NCBI GenBank assembly: GCA_035758565.1
Contig: DASTXL010000002.1
Location: 19,118-83,117, forward strand
DNA from: Candidatus Saccharimonadales bacterium
GTDB lineage: Bacteria > Patescibacteriota > Saccharimonadia > Saccharimonadales > UBA10212
Direction of reading: 5' to 3'
Length of the DNA stretch: 64,000 nucleotides
Position 1 is the first letter of the stretch; every line of letters starts with the position of its first letter. The notes under the pieces were generated by a model that was given only the letters and a program-made list of their open reading frames with translations, was not told where the DNA came from and did not search any database. Positions 53,262-63,325 of this stretch are shown piece by piece. Both the position numbers and the translations under genes were made by a program.

Positions 53262-56200
53262 ATGGGGAGAGCTAAAAACTCAAGGCTGGAGCAACCTCTG
53301 CCACGTGTGGCCGGGGCTCGTATTTCTATTCCAGTAACTTTTGCCGGCGCAAAAAAAAGCGTCCGAACTAAGCCGTCTATAACTGCAACTATTAAAAGCC
53401 TAAGATACCGCGAGCTAGTCAAGCGCTGGCCTTTTCTTGATACTCTCAAAGCTCGTACTGGCTTAGCTTTAATGGCCATTGTGCTAGTTTTTAGCGCGGT
53501 TGAACCTTTTATCGCCCCTTCTTATTCTTACGCGCTGGGGCCCGCCGAGGGTTTGCTGTCGCCAATAAACCAGCCTATGGCAGACAAACTTAAATACGAT
53601 CCCGAATCGCAAGTTTTTAATTTTAACCAAAACCAACCGGCCGCAGATCCTGGATCGCTAGGGACTAGCGGCAAGGAAGTTAGTGCTAAAGCCTACGCCA
53701 ATCCAAGAAACGGCATAAGCGTTACTGATCCAGTTAATAAGATTGACTTTTCTATGACGCCAAAATTCAGCATAGGCGCCGGGCGCCAAGACGGCAACAG
53801 AGTTATTTACCCTCTTGGCGATGGCAACGGCTGGGCGGTCTATACTATGCACTCCATAGGTATAAAAGAAGACTTGGTACTGACAAGTTCACCCGGAGAC
53901 ACCGCTACCTTTAACTACGATTTAAATCTTGGCAACGGTCTGCAGGCGCGGCTCGAAAAAGACGGCAGTATTGGCGTCTACGGTAACACTTTGTTCAGCG
54001 GCAATATAACTACCGGCACTAAAAAAGACGCTGCTTTGCTGGAAAAAGCTCGCAAAAATGCACCCAAAAACACTTATCTTTTCAGTATTCCGAAACCGGT
54101 GATTATGGAACTTAAGCAGAAGCAGTCGGCCGCCAGTGCCAGCTACGAACTCCACGGCAATCACTTAAGCATAAAGGTCAGCGGCCTTACCAAAGCCCAT
54201 TACCCTATAACTATCGACCCTAGCATTTTTGTCGTGACGACTCAGCAATTCATGAACGGCAATAACGAAACCAATATCGACTTTGACGTAGCCGATAAAC
54301 TGATCGAAAAAGGAGAAACTACCGGCGCCCGCTTTGACTCTTGGAATTCTACTCGCAGCCTGAACAACCCGATCTGGCAACAAGGTGTGGCTGCGGCCGG
54401 TGGCTATATTTATACGGTCGGCGGCAACTATGCTAACGGTTTGGCTACGACTTTTAGTACTCAAGGCGGCGCCAATTATGTTGTGCCTTCGGGTTATAGC
54501 ACTATCACTGTCAGTATGTGGGGTGGTGGCGGTGGTGGCGGTGGTGGCGGTCGTAGTGGTAATGGTGGAGATGGTGGTGGTGGTGGCTATATCAAGACCA
54601 CCCTTTCGGTTACGCCCGGAGAAACCTTGAGCGTACTTGTTGGAGGCGGAGGCGGAGGCGGAACCGGTCGAGGCGATAGCGGTGATGGCGGTGGAGGTGG
54701 CGGTTACTCGCGTATTGCACGTGGTAGCACCACTCTTGCTTTAGCAGCCGGTGGCGCCGGAGGGGGTGGTGGCGGATACAACAGCGGCACCAATGGTGGT
54801 TCCGGTGGTGCCGGTGGCGGCACTTCCGGTGTTAATGGTAGCGCCTCCGGGTCGGCTGGGGGTGGTGGCGGTGGTTCATCATCATCTGGAGGCTCGGGCG
54901 GCACCGGAGGAAACAATAGCGGGTCGGCTGGATCCTCCTTGAACGGTGGTGATGGTGGAGACGGTCGCAGCGGACAAGGCAGTGACGGTAGCACCAGCAA
55001 TGGTGCCGGAAATGGCGCAGGTGGTTCCGGCGGACTAGGCAGCGTCAGTAACAACTACGCTGGTGGCGGTGGTGGTGGTGGTGGATATTACGGCGGTGGT
55101 GGTGGCTCCGGTTCAACCAGTAGGAATGGCGCAGGTGGCGGTGGTGGTGGTTCCAGCTATTCCAGTGGCAGTAACACAACTGATACAGCAGGCAGCGGCC
55201 AGACACCGGGCAACGGTAGCGATCCTGCTAACAATGGCGCCGGTACTGGCGGCAATGGCAGTGGCAACAATGGTTCCGGTGGTAGCAATGGTTTGGTTAT
55301 TATCAACGCCGGTACAGGTTCGGTTAATACTTCGGATGTCACCTGGGCACAATTCAATACTGATAGTGGAGCTATCGACAGCGCCAACCCGGGCAACGGC
55401 ACCTGCGGCGGCTGGTGCACTACTACCGCATATAGTTTGCCGGCAGCTAGAAGCGCTTTATCACTGGTCGCCTACAATGGCTTCCTCTACGCCATAGGCG
55501 GCGAAGATTCAACCTGCACTAGTGGCAATGGCACCGGTGACGGCGGTATCTGCAAGACTGTTTATATAGCTAAGATAGGGGCTAACGGCGAGCCTCAGCT
55601 ATGGAGTCCTGTTAGTACCGATAAGTCAACCTGGACTTACTGGTACCGCGATACAGACCTGACAACTCCGCGCAGTATGATTGTCGCGGTTGCCTATAAC
55701 TCGCACATGTATCTTATGGGCGGAAAGACTAGCAGTGGCGGAGTGGTTTCAGTCAGTAACAGCGCCCAAGTCGCCGACATCACTGCTACCGGACGATTAA
55801 GCAGTTGGTCAACTCAAACCAATCTTCCCTATGCCGACTACGCTTATGGAGCGCATGCTTATAACGACTACCTTTATCTTATAGGCGGTGCCAGCTCAGT
55901 CGGCGGAAGTCCTCTTGCCAGCGTTTATTACAACCATATTAACAGTGACGGTACGCTTAATAGCTGGGTCCAGACCACTAGTATGGCTACCGGTAAGCTT
56001 ACAATGGGCGGGGATTTTTCGGCTATTTGGGGCGGTTATATATATGTCAGTGGTGGCTGCACGGCCACCACTTCGACGGGTGGTTATTGTACGGCATTTG
56101 CTTCAGACACCCAGCTGGCCAGCATTAACGCCGATGGTAGCCTGGACAACTGGGACACCGATGCAGCGGTAGCCGATGGCAGGATGGGCCATAACATTGT

Positions 56201-59200
56201 TGCCTGGCGCAATTATATATATGAGATTGGCGGCTGTACCGCTCAGGATACATCCACCGGCGCTTGCACTGCTTCCATTGGTACAATCAAATACGGGGTC
56301 ATCAACCAAGCCGGGGACGTGAACCTTGTCAGTACTTCGGTCCCTAACGGCACATCGCCCTGTTCCGGCGCTAATCCCTATCAATGCGACTTGCCGCCGG
56401 CCGGTGCTGGCAGCGGTCAGAATGGTCAGATGTTAAATGCTACAGTCATTGTCAATGGTTACCTCTACATCTCGGGGGGTTGTACGAGCACTAGCTGCCG
56501 CAACACCTCCAATAACACGACTTACGCGGCCATCAATAGTACTGGCGAACTAACGGCACCATCGGCTTGTACTTCTGACGGTAATACGTTGGTTGGTGCT
56601 TGGTGCGTCGATAATACGCACTCTATCTCTTCGGGGCGGCAAGTTAGCGGCGTGGCGGCGGCAGCCACTGCTGTCTATGGCAATTACGTATATATCATCG
56701 GCGGCATGGATGGTACCGGTAACAACAACCTGATTTTCTACACGACCGTTAATACCGACGGCAGCATCAACACCTGGACGACCGAAAGCATGACCTCTGC
56801 CGGTGCTACCGGCGTATCTTACGAATACGCTTATGCCCGCTCTAACCCCGGATCGGCCTCAACGGCTCCGGCCAACCTGTTCATATTCGGCGGCTGTACC
56901 AGTACGACCAATGCCTCCTGTACGGCTTATACTGATGCTGTTTATAAATGCGACATCCAGGCGAACGGCGCTATCGCCAACTGTACCACCAGCGGTCAGC
57001 TGCAGATCGGCACGGTCAGCGGTGCCAGTGGCGCCGGACTGGCCGCCATGGGTGGTACCATCTACGCTAGTCGAATTTATTTGATCGGCGGCATTGCTCC
57101 CGGTCAGACTGGCGGTCTAGCCACTATACGTTACGCTCAGCTCGATGACAGCAACAATGTCGTGGCGGTCAACGGCAGCAGCTGGACGGAGGACCCCAAC
57201 CAGTTGCCGAGCGCCAGACAACTCTCCGCGGGCTTTGGATATAACGGCTACATTTACGTTATGGGCGGTTATAACAGTAGTAGCGGCGTGCTCAACGACA
57301 TTAACTTTTCTAAGATCAATGTCAGCGATGGCAGCATCAATCCGTTCAGCACCTCGGCCGAGACTATCAATCCGCGCTGGGGGTTGAAGGTTCCGGTTTC
57401 CAGCTCCTACGCCTACGTTGTCGGGGGCTGCCGAACCGGATCGGCGCCAACCGGTTGCACCAGCATGGAACCCAGCGTGGATAAGATTGAGATCTATAAT
57501 AACGACAGCGGCGCGGCGGCCGGCTTTTCAACGGCTTCGCATACCTATACAACCAGCGCCAACCGACTCGGGGCGGGTTCTACTGTATTAAATGGCTACA
57601 TATACGTGGCCGGCGGCTGTACTAGCACTACTGACTGCACCACCGCTACGACTAATGTTTCTTACGCCCAAATTGATGCTCAGGGTGCCATTGGTGCCTG
57701 GGCCAGCACTTCCGCTGCTCTACCGGCGGCCCGCACTTGGGGCAAATTGGTTACTGCCGGCGGATCATTATATTTTGTCGGCGGCCAGGATAGTTCCGGC
57801 GCGCCGCAATCGACGGTTTATTACGCCACGCCGTCATCCGGCAACGTCACGTCGTGGGGGGCAGCCAGCAATGGCTTGCCGGCAGCCAGGGCAAATTTCG
57901 GGGCGACTGTCTGGAATAACCGTATTTATGTGGTGGGCGGGGTTAACTCGACTGCCGGTTCAGCAAGTTATTCCACCTCTGGCTCTCATACCTTTAGTGT
58001 ACCTAACGGCATCAGCGCCATCACTGTCAAAGCCTGGGGCGGCGGTGGTGGCGGTGGAGGCGGTGGTGCCCGTGGAGGCGGTGGTGATGGTGGAGCTGGT
58101 GGCTATGCAAGTTCAACTCTAACCGTCACGCCAGGCGAAAGTTTGAATGTCTACGTCGGTGGTGGTGGCGGTGGTGGCACGGGCAGCTCTGGCGGCAACA
58201 ACACCGGCGGTGGCGGTGGTGGCGGCGGATATTCCAGCGTTGCCCGTGGCAGCACCCAGTTATTGATAGCTTCTGGTGGTGCTGGTGGTGGCGGTGGTAA
58301 CGGTGGTAGCTTTACCCAAGCTGGTGGTGCTGGTGCAGCCGGTGGCGATGATAGCGGCGGTCAAGATGGTTCAGGCAGCGGGAGTGCCAATGGTGGTAGT
58401 GGGGCAAGTACGACAGCCGGTGGTAGTGGTGGATCGGGCGGTGGCAACAGCGGCTCGAATGGTAGTTCTTTAGCTGGTGGTGCTGGTGCTGACGGCCGTA
58501 GCGCCGAAGGAGCCGATGGTAGCGGCGCTGCTGGTGGTACTGAGGGTGGTGCCGCTGGTGGCTCACACGACGCTACAAATGGCTACGCCGGTGGTGGTGG
58601 CGGTGGTGCTGGTTACTTCGGTGGTGGCGGTGGATCGGGCGGTGGATACTACGGCTTTGGTAGCTACTTCTATGCTGCTGGTGGTGGCGGTAGCGGCTCT
58701 GAGTATTTGAGCGGCATTAATCAAACCGCCCAAGCGGGCAGCGGGCAGACACCTGGTAATTCCGGCGATGCTTCGCGCGGCTCGGCTGGCAACGGTGGTA
58801 ACGGCGGCAATGCCGGCCAAACTGGCTCGGCCGGTAATGCCGGGTTAGTCGTGATATCTTACGGCAGCACGGCGTCTCTTTATATCAGCCCGCAGCTTAA
58901 TGCCGGTGGCGATATAACCTCGGCCTGGACAACCAGCAGCAGTTCGTTTAATACTCCGCGCAGCGGCCTGACGGCCGTGGCCTACGCCAACAATCTTTAT
59001 ATCTTCGGGGGCACTGACGGAACAAATTATTACAGCGACAGCCAGTATGCCCAACTTAATTCCAGTGACGGATCGGTTGGCTCCTGGTCTTACTCCACCA
59101 CCCTGCCGACGCCGCTCGCCCAAGGCGACGGTTTTGCCGCCAATGGTTATATGTATCTGTTCGGCGGACGCTCGTCGGCGACATCATGCACGCCTACAAC

Positions 59201-59867
59201 TCTGGTGGCCCCAATCAGTGCCAATACACCTGTCGCTACTGGTAACCATCCGACCGGTATCGGTACTTGGTTCTCGACCAATCAGAAATATACTGGTAAC
59301 CGCTATGGCAATAATGCGGAATATTATCAAGGCAAGGCATATGTGCTGGGCGGCGCCTGTGGCAGCACCCTTTCCTATGCCAGTCCCGTAACTCAGCAAA
59401 CGGCCTTGCTATCCCAGCCTCAAGTGGCAAAATACTCGATTATGTTCGATACCGATTCTGATGTTTTCCCTAGCACCTGGCTGCTTAACGGCGTAGACAA
59501 CTCAATTGGCGCCAAGTGGCAGCTTAGCTACCGATCTATGACTAACACCACTACTTTCTGTACTTCACCGGCAATGACCACATGGGGGCAAGTTACTAAT
59601 TTTGGCAATGTGACACTTGGCACGCCAGGAGCTTACATACCCAAAAATGGCAGCGGCACGAACACTAACTGCGCCAGATTCTTCGATATGGTCGTTACCG
59701 TTGACAGCTCGCAGGCTTATGGTTATCCGGACGACGTTACGCGTGGGCCGACTATTACAGACCTAACACTACAATTTACTGCCGACCCGTCTAAACACTT
59801 AATGCATGGCCGTACCTTCACCGGTGGTTTGCAGATGCCCGACGATACGCCATATTACACTCACTGA
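53262..59867 (+). CDS. giant (about 2200 aa) membrane-anchored protein: Kelch-type beta-propellers interleaved with two poly-glycine domains
   Basis: TM anchor near residue 75. Many Kelch-like blades (Y.G.(L/I)Y..GG). Two homologous Gly-rich domains at about 54460..55330 and 57960..58860 (..ITV..WGGGGGGGGGG..GG.GG.GGY....L.VTPGE.L.V.VGGGGGGG..). The exact start is uncertain. Confidence 0.8.
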   Translation: MGRAKNSRLEQPLPRVAGARISIPVTFAGAKKSVRTKPSITATIKSLRYRELVKRWPFLDTLKARTGLALMAIVLVFSAVEPFIAPSYSYALGPAEGLLSPINQPMADKLKYDPESQVFNFNQNQPAADPGSLGTSGKEVSAKAYANPRNGISVTDPVNKIDFSMTPKFSIGAGRQDGNRVIYPLGDGNGWAVYTMHSIGIKEDLVLTSSPGDTATFNYDLNLGNGLQARLEKDGSIGVYGNTLFSGNITTGTKKDAALLEKARKNAPKNTYLFSIPKPVIMELKQKQSAASASYELHGNHLSIKVSGLTKAHYPITIDPSIFVVTTQQFMNGNNETNIDFDVADKLIEKGETTGARFDSWNSTRSLNNPIWQQGVAAAGGYIYTVGGNYANGLATTFSTQGGANYVVPSGYSTITVSMWGGGGGGGGGGRSGNGGDGGGGGYIKTTLSVTPGETLSVLVGGGGGGGTGRGDSGDGGGGGGYSRIARGSTTLALAAGGAGGGGGGYNSGTNGGSGGAGGGTSGVNGSASGSAGGGGGGSSSSGGSGGTGGNNSGSAGSSLNGGDGGDGRSGQGSDGSTSNGAGNGAGGSGGLGSVSNNYAGGGGGGGGYYGGGGGSGSTSRNGAGGGGGGSSYSSGSNTTDTAGSGQTPGNGSDPANNGAGTGGNGSGNNGSGGSNGLVIINAGTGSVNTSDVTWAQFNTDSGAIDSANPGNGTCGGWCTTTAYSLPAARSALSLVAYNGFLYAIGGEDSTCTSGNGTGDGGICKTVYIAKIGANGEPQLWSPVSTDKSTWTYWYRDTDLTTPRSMIVAVAYNSHMYLMGGKTSSGGVVSVSNSAQVADITATGRLSSWSTQTNLPYADYAYGAHAYNDYLYLIGGASSVGGSPLASVYYNHINSDGTLNSWVQTTSMATGKLTMGGDFSAIWGGYIYVSGGCTATTSTGGYCTAFASDTQLASINADGSLDNWDTDAAVADGRMGHNIVAWRNYIYEIGGCTAQDTSTGACTASIGTIKYGVINQAGDVNLVSTSVPNGTSPCSGANPYQCDLPPAGAGSGQNGQMLNATVIVNGYLYISGGCTSTSCRNTSNNTTYAAINSTGELTAPSACTSDGNTLVGAWCVDNTHSISSGRQVSGVAAAATAVYGNYVYIIGGMDGTGNNNLIFYTTVNTDGSINTWTTESMTSAGATGVSYEYAYARSNPGSASTAPANLFIFGGCTSTTNASCTAYTDAVYKCDIQANGAIANCTTSGQLQIGTVSGASGAGLAAMGGTIYASRIYLIGGIAPGQTGGLATIRYAQLDDSNNVVAVNGSSWTEDPNQLPSARQLSAGFGYNGYIYVMGGYNSSSGVLNDINFSKINVSDGSINPFSTSAETINPRWGLKVPVSSSYAYVVGGCRTGSAPTGCTSMEPSVDKIEIYNNDSGAAAGFSTASHTYTTSANRLGAGSTVLNGYIYVAGGCTSTTDCTTATTNVSYAQIDAQGAIGAWASTSAALPAARTWGKLVTAGGSLYFVGGQDSSGAPQSTVYYATPSSGNVTSWGAASNGLPAARANFGATVWNNRIYVVGGVNSTAGSASYSTSGSHTFSVPNGISAITVKAWGGGGGGGGGGARGGGGDGGAGGYASSTLTVTPGESLNVYVGGGGGGGTGSSGGNNTGGGGGGGGYSSVARGSTQLLIASGGAGGGGGNGGSFTQAGGAGAAGGDDSGGQDGSGSGSANGGSGASTTAGGSGGSGGGNSGSNGSSLAGGAGADGRSAEGADGSGAAGGTEGGAAGGSHDATNGYAGGGGGGAGYFGGGGGSGGGYYGFGSYFYAAGGGGSGSEYLSGINQTAQAGSGQTPGNSGDASRGSAGNGGNGGNAGQTGSAGNAGLVVISYGSTASLYISPQLNAGGDITSAWTTSSSSFNTPRSGLTAVAYANNLYIFGGTDGTNYYSDSQYAQLNSSDGSVGSWSYSTTLPTPLAQGDGFAANGYMYLFGGRSSATSCTPTTLVAPISANTPVATGNHPTGIGTWFSTNQKYTGNRYGNNAEYYQGKAYVLGGACGSTLSYASPVTQQTALLSQPQVAKYSIMFDTDSDVFPSTWLLNGVDNSIGAKWQLSYRSMTNTTTFCTSPAMTTWGQVTNFGNVTLGTPGAYIPKNGSGTNTNCARFFDMVVTVDSSQAYGYPDDVTRGPTITDLTLQFTADPSKHLMHGRTFTGGLQMPDDTPYYTH

Positions 59868-59881
59868 TATAGTAGATAGAG

Positions 59882-60670
59882 ATGAGAATACAAGTTCGGG
59901 ATGATACGGGTAAGCCGCTAGGCGCTATTCAGATCAAAGTTGTTGATCTTGGCGAGAGCGAAGTGGCTCAGCAAAATAATTCAGCGTGGAAACGTGTCTT
60001 AGACAAAGTCATTCTAAGGTTTGCCCACGCACCCAACGAATCAAAAAAGAAGGATAAGGCTTTAGGCCAGGTTAAAACCGTTGAGATAAATATCAGCCTG
60101 CCCTCGCTGTCTAAAAACCCTCTTAAAAAAATCTTTTCTGGATTCAGGGCGCTGCCAAAGCGTAAGAAAATTTTGAGTCTAGCGGTCTGCTTGGCCCTGA
60201 TAGCTTTAGTGACTATCTTAACGATATTTGGGGGGAATAATAATCAGCCGGTTGCCGCTAGCAGTGGTCAAGATCAACCCACCCTAACCCGCGGGACGCC
60301 TAAATATTCGACCGCCCTACCGACTGGTAAAACAATTCAGCAGCTTGGTGGTTGGGCACGCGTTAGCCCGCCTGGGCGCAGTCCGGTTTATGCTTACGTC
60401 GATAAGATCGGCGACGTTCGAGTTGACGTTAGCGAACAACCGCTGCCGGCCAACTTCAAAAATAATACAGACGGTCAGATTGCTCAGCTGGCCCAAAACT
60501 TTAGCGCCAACGATAAAGTAATGGCCGGTGATACAGCCGTTTATATCGGCACCTCGGCCGAAGGTCCGCAGTCAGTTATTTTAACTAAAAAGAAGTTGTT
60601 AATTCTTATAAAGTCCACGTCGTTTATTACTAACGAGCAATGGATAAGTTACGTTAATTCCCTGCAGTAG
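59882..60670 (+). CDS. single-pass membrane hypothetical protein
   Basis: 262-aa ORF with a central TM (ILSLAVCLALIALVTILTIF). No family recognised. Confidence 0.55.
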   Translation: MRIQVRDDTGKPLGAIQIKVVDLGESEVAQQNNSAWKRVLDKVILRFAHAPNESKKKDKALGQVKTVEINISLPSLSKNPLKKIFSGFRALPKRKKILSLAVCLALIALVTILTIFGGNNNQPVAASSGQDQPTLTRGTPKYSTALPTGKTIQQLGGWARVSPPGRSPVYAYVDKIGDVRVDVSEQPLPANFKNNTDGQIAQLAQNFSANDKVMAGDTAVYIGTSAEGPQSVILTKKKLLILIKSTSFITNEQWISYVNSLQ

Positions 60671-61217
60671 TCGATTGCAGACCGCCGCTAGCCGTCACGT
60701 CTAAATTGCCCTGCACCACACCGCTCTTGCCGTTCAGAGCACAAGTTATGGTGACCGGCCACATACCCGGCGGCGTATCCGCACCCACTAACCAAGTCCA
60801 AGTAACGTTGCCGAAATCATCAGCTGTTTTTGGAACAAGTCCGGAATCGTGGGCCGGAACTTTGTTATAGAGCACCTTGATCATGCAGGCGGCACCACGA
60901 GTGGTTCTAACGCTAACCGAAGCCTGAGTATTAACCACCACCATGGAATCTATGGCTTCAATCGAAACTCCAACCGGTGTATTTGGAGTCGGAGCCGCGC
61001 GCGTAATTGTTGGCTCTTGTATTTCCGGTGCGGCAGCGGCCGTAGCAATTGGCTTTGTGGTTGAGTTTTGATCGGAGTAATAAGTATAGCCAATGCCACC
61101 AACGGTAGCCAAAAGCATCAATGCACTCGCCGCCACCATTGATTTTTTAAACCAAGCAGGCACCCAGACCTTTGGCTGATCACGATAAACCGGGCCTTTT
61201 TTTCTACCCCCAAACAT
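60654..61217 (-). CDS. single-pass membrane hypothetical protein with small beta-rich ectodomain
   Basis: 187-aa ORF with an N-terminal TM. Convergent with, and overlapping by 17 nt, the previous gene. Confidence 0.55.
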   Translation of the reverse strand: MFGGRKKGPVYRDQPKVWVPAWFKKSMVAASALMLLATVGGIGYTYYSDQNSTTKPIATAAAAPEIQEPTITRAAPTPNTPVGVSIEAIDSMVVVNTQASVSVRTTRGAACMIKVLYNKVPAHDSGLVPKTADDFGNVTWTWLVGADTPPGMWPVTITCALNGKSGVVQGNLDVTASGGLQSTTAGN

Positions 61218-61269
61218 TCTTTTATCTTACCACGCCACCATAACTTGCATATCTGTTAAAATAGCTGAT

Positions 61270-62349
61270 ATGGCTTTATCTATTGGGATTGTAGGCCTGC
61301 CTAACGTCGGCAAGTCCACTCTTTTTAACGCACTAACCGACGCCGAGGCGCTGGCAGCTAATTATCCATTCGCCACAATCGAACCGAACACAGGGATTGT
61401 TCCAATCCCTGACTCAAGGCTAGAGAAGCTGGCTAAACTTTACCACTCTCAAAAAATTGCTCCGGCTACTGTTACATTTACCGACATCGCTGGTCTAGTG
61501 GCTGGGGCTAGTCAAGGCGAAGGTTTGGGCAACCAGTTCTTGAGCCATATCAGAAGCTGTAATGCTATTTGCCAAGTAGTCAGAGCTTTCGATGACCCAA
61601 ATATTCAGCACGTAGCCGGCCAGGCCGACCCCAAGCGTGATATTGAAGTAGTTAATACCGAGTTAATTCTAGCCGATCTACAAACCGTGGAGCGACGCCT
61701 GCCTAAACTCGAAAAAGAAGCCCGCGCTGATCTTAAGCTTAGGCCTTTGGTCGCCACATTAGAAAAGCTCAAGGCGGGCCTTAGCGAGGGCAAGCTTGCC
61801 GGGTCATTTTTAGACAAAGAAGAGTTAGAGGCTATTGCCGACCTGCAGCTTCTTTCTGCTAAGCCTTTTATCATTGTTTATAATTTGGACGAACAGCAGT
61901 TGAATGATCAAAAGCTTAAAGAAAATTTAAGGGCAATAGTCGCTCCCTGTCCGACCGTGTTTGTTAGTGCCAAACTAGAAAGCGAACTCCGGGGTTTAGA
62001 TACCAGCGACCAGGCCGAACTTTTGGCCAGCTACGGACAAGATGAAAGCGGCTTGAACTTGCTTATCCACGCCGCCTATCAGGCATTAGGCTTGCAAAGC
62101 TACCTAACAGCCGGCGAGAAAGAAGTTCGCGCCTGGACCGTGCCAGTTGGCGCCACAGCTCCTCAAGCAGCCGGCGTTATCCATAGCGATTTCGAAAGAG
62201 GGTTTATTGCCGCCCAAGTAATCGATTATAACGACTTGATGGCTGCCGGATCAGAAACAGCGGCGCGAGCAGCCGGCAAACTACGAACCGAAGGCAAAAA
62301 TTACGTTATGCAGCCTAACGATGTAGTTGAATTCCGTTTTAATGTATAG
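61270..62349 (+). CDS. ychF: ribosome-binding ATPase YchF (Obg-like GTPase family)
   Basis: IGIVGLPNVGKSTLFNALT G1 motif, DIAGLV G3, and the C-terminal TGS-like ...IHSDFERGFI.A.VI.Y.D.... Confidence 0.92.
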   Translation: MALSIGIVGLPNVGKSTLFNALTDAEALAANYPFATIEPNTGIVPIPDSRLEKLAKLYHSQKIAPATVTFTDIAGLVAGASQGEGLGNQFLSHIRSCNAICQVVRAFDDPNIQHVAGQADPKRDIEVVNTELILADLQTVERRLPKLEKEARADLKLRPLVATLEKLKAGLSEGKLAGSFLDKEELEAIADLQLLSAKPFIIVYNLDEQQLNDQKLKENLRAIVAPCPTVFVSAKLESELRGLDTSDQAELLASYGQDESGLNLLIHAAYQALGLQSYLTAGEKEVRAWTVPVGATAPQAAGVIHSDFERGFIAAQVIDYNDLMAAGSETAARAAGKLRTEGKNYVMQPNDVVEFRFNV

Positions 62350-62430
62350 TTTCTCGGGAAGATAGCCCGAGCAAATTTCACACAATTTGCCCGGCGCGAT
62401 AAGAAACCCTGGAGGGGTGTCTTATTCAGC
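62350..62430 (+). repeat. two-hairpin intergenic element, copy C (inserted at the ychF 3' end)
   Basis: TTTCTCGGGAAGATAGCCCGAGCAAATTTCACACAATTTGCCCGGCGCGATAAGAAACCCTGGAGGGGTGTCTTAT. Collinear with copy A, with compensatory stem changes (AAAAA/TTTTT to AAATT/AATTT; ATGAGGA/TCCTCAT to ATAAGA/TCTTAT). Confidence 0.75.
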
Positions 62431-62475
62431 GTTATGCAGCCAAATGACGTAGTTGAATTCCGTTTTAACGTATAA
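62431..62475 (+). repeat. second copy of the last 45 nt of ychF (displaced gene end), followed by the terminator
   Basis: It differs from 62305..62349 at 5 positions, all third-codon positions (CCT/CCA, AAC/AAT, GAT/GAC, AAT/AAC, TAG/TAA). Both copies encode VMQPNDVVEFRFNV-stop. Confidence 0.85.
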
Positions 62476-62502
62476 AAAGAGTCCCGTTTTAGAGACTCTT
62501 TT
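62476..62502 (+). terminator. rho-independent terminator (AAAGAGTC...GACTCTTT + T-run)
   Basis: 8-bp stem with a T-rich tail, immediately after the displaced ychF end. Confidence 0.65.
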
Positions 62503-62523
62503 GGAGTACGGTTTTTAAGCTTT

Positions 62524-63210
62524 CTAAAAATCGTGTACTAAGTTGCTACTGCCAAAACCAGACGCGTTATGCGTACTGAGCGAACCCATGGTATACGGCG
62601 TCGGTGCCCGCCGGGCTGCCAACATCGCAGTGGCGCCCACCAGTTTAGGGGTGTGTGGCGATCGCAAGAAGGCCGGCCGGTGCAAGTGATGCTGGTGCAA
62701 TGACGGATGCGAGTTATCGGCTGTAGCCGTTGCCTGATCAGCAGGCATTTGAGTGGTAGAGGGCGGCTGATTTTGGCCAGCGCTGACAATACTTGCCGGG
62801 TTTGGCTGCTGGTACGACTGCCTGATGGCCATCACCTGTCGCTGCACAAAGCCAGTCAGTTGGCGCAGATGTCTCTTATATTTTGTGCTGGTAAATTTGT
62901 GCTGCTTGTTAAGGGTAAAGATCGTAATGGTTGCGTCGAACATGCGGCTACTATAGTCCACCTCACTGATCATGTCGTAGCGGATATCTTCTAGGTTCAT
63001 AAAGAAGGTCTTTTTATCGATCAAAAGCAGGCGCTGGTCAGTAGCGATTAAAATAGCGTAGCCGCCAAAGTATCTACCAGGAACTACGCTTATAATTTCC
63101 TCACCGTCCATTAATATATTTTGAAGTTCTTTTATTTCTGCTCGAAACCAACGAGAAATTCTCACTCCCAGTTTGGATAACCGGGCCTCTATAATACTCG
63201 CGTGCACCAT
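62524..63210 (-). CDS. hypothetical protein with N-terminal bacterial PH-like domain and low-complexity C-terminus
   Basis: ...DGEEIISVVPGRYFGGYAILIATDQRLLLIDKK... resembles YokE-like PH domains. The C-terminal half is Gln/Pro/His-rich. Confidence 0.55.
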   Translation of the reverse strand: MVHASIIEARLSKLGVRISRWFRAEIKELQNILMDGEEIISVVPGRYFGGYAILIATDQRLLLIDKKTFFMNLEDIRYDMISEVDYSSRMFDATITIFTLNKQHKFTSTKYKRHLRQLTGFVQRQVMAIRQSYQQPNPASIVSAGQNQPPSTTQMPADQATATADNSHPSLHQHHLHRPAFLRSPHTPKLVGATAMLAARRAPTPYTMGSLSTHNASGFGSSNLVHDF

Positions 63211-63325
63211 ATCCGCCTCCTCGACTTAAGTAACTATATGATGCCTGTTTATTAACGCCTTCTCAGTAATTTTAAGCACTTGAGAATTATGATTTTTATC
63301 ACGAAAATTTCAACATAAGGAGTTA

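Noticed and set aside
54385-58820. Periodic ggtggtggcggt tracts and the many short ORFs over them, considered as a possible tandem-repeat or CRISPR-like array
   Set aside because: The periodicity is 3 nt (Gly codons) within one uninterrupted 2201-codon frame. There is no repeat-spacer organisation, so this is coding low complexity.
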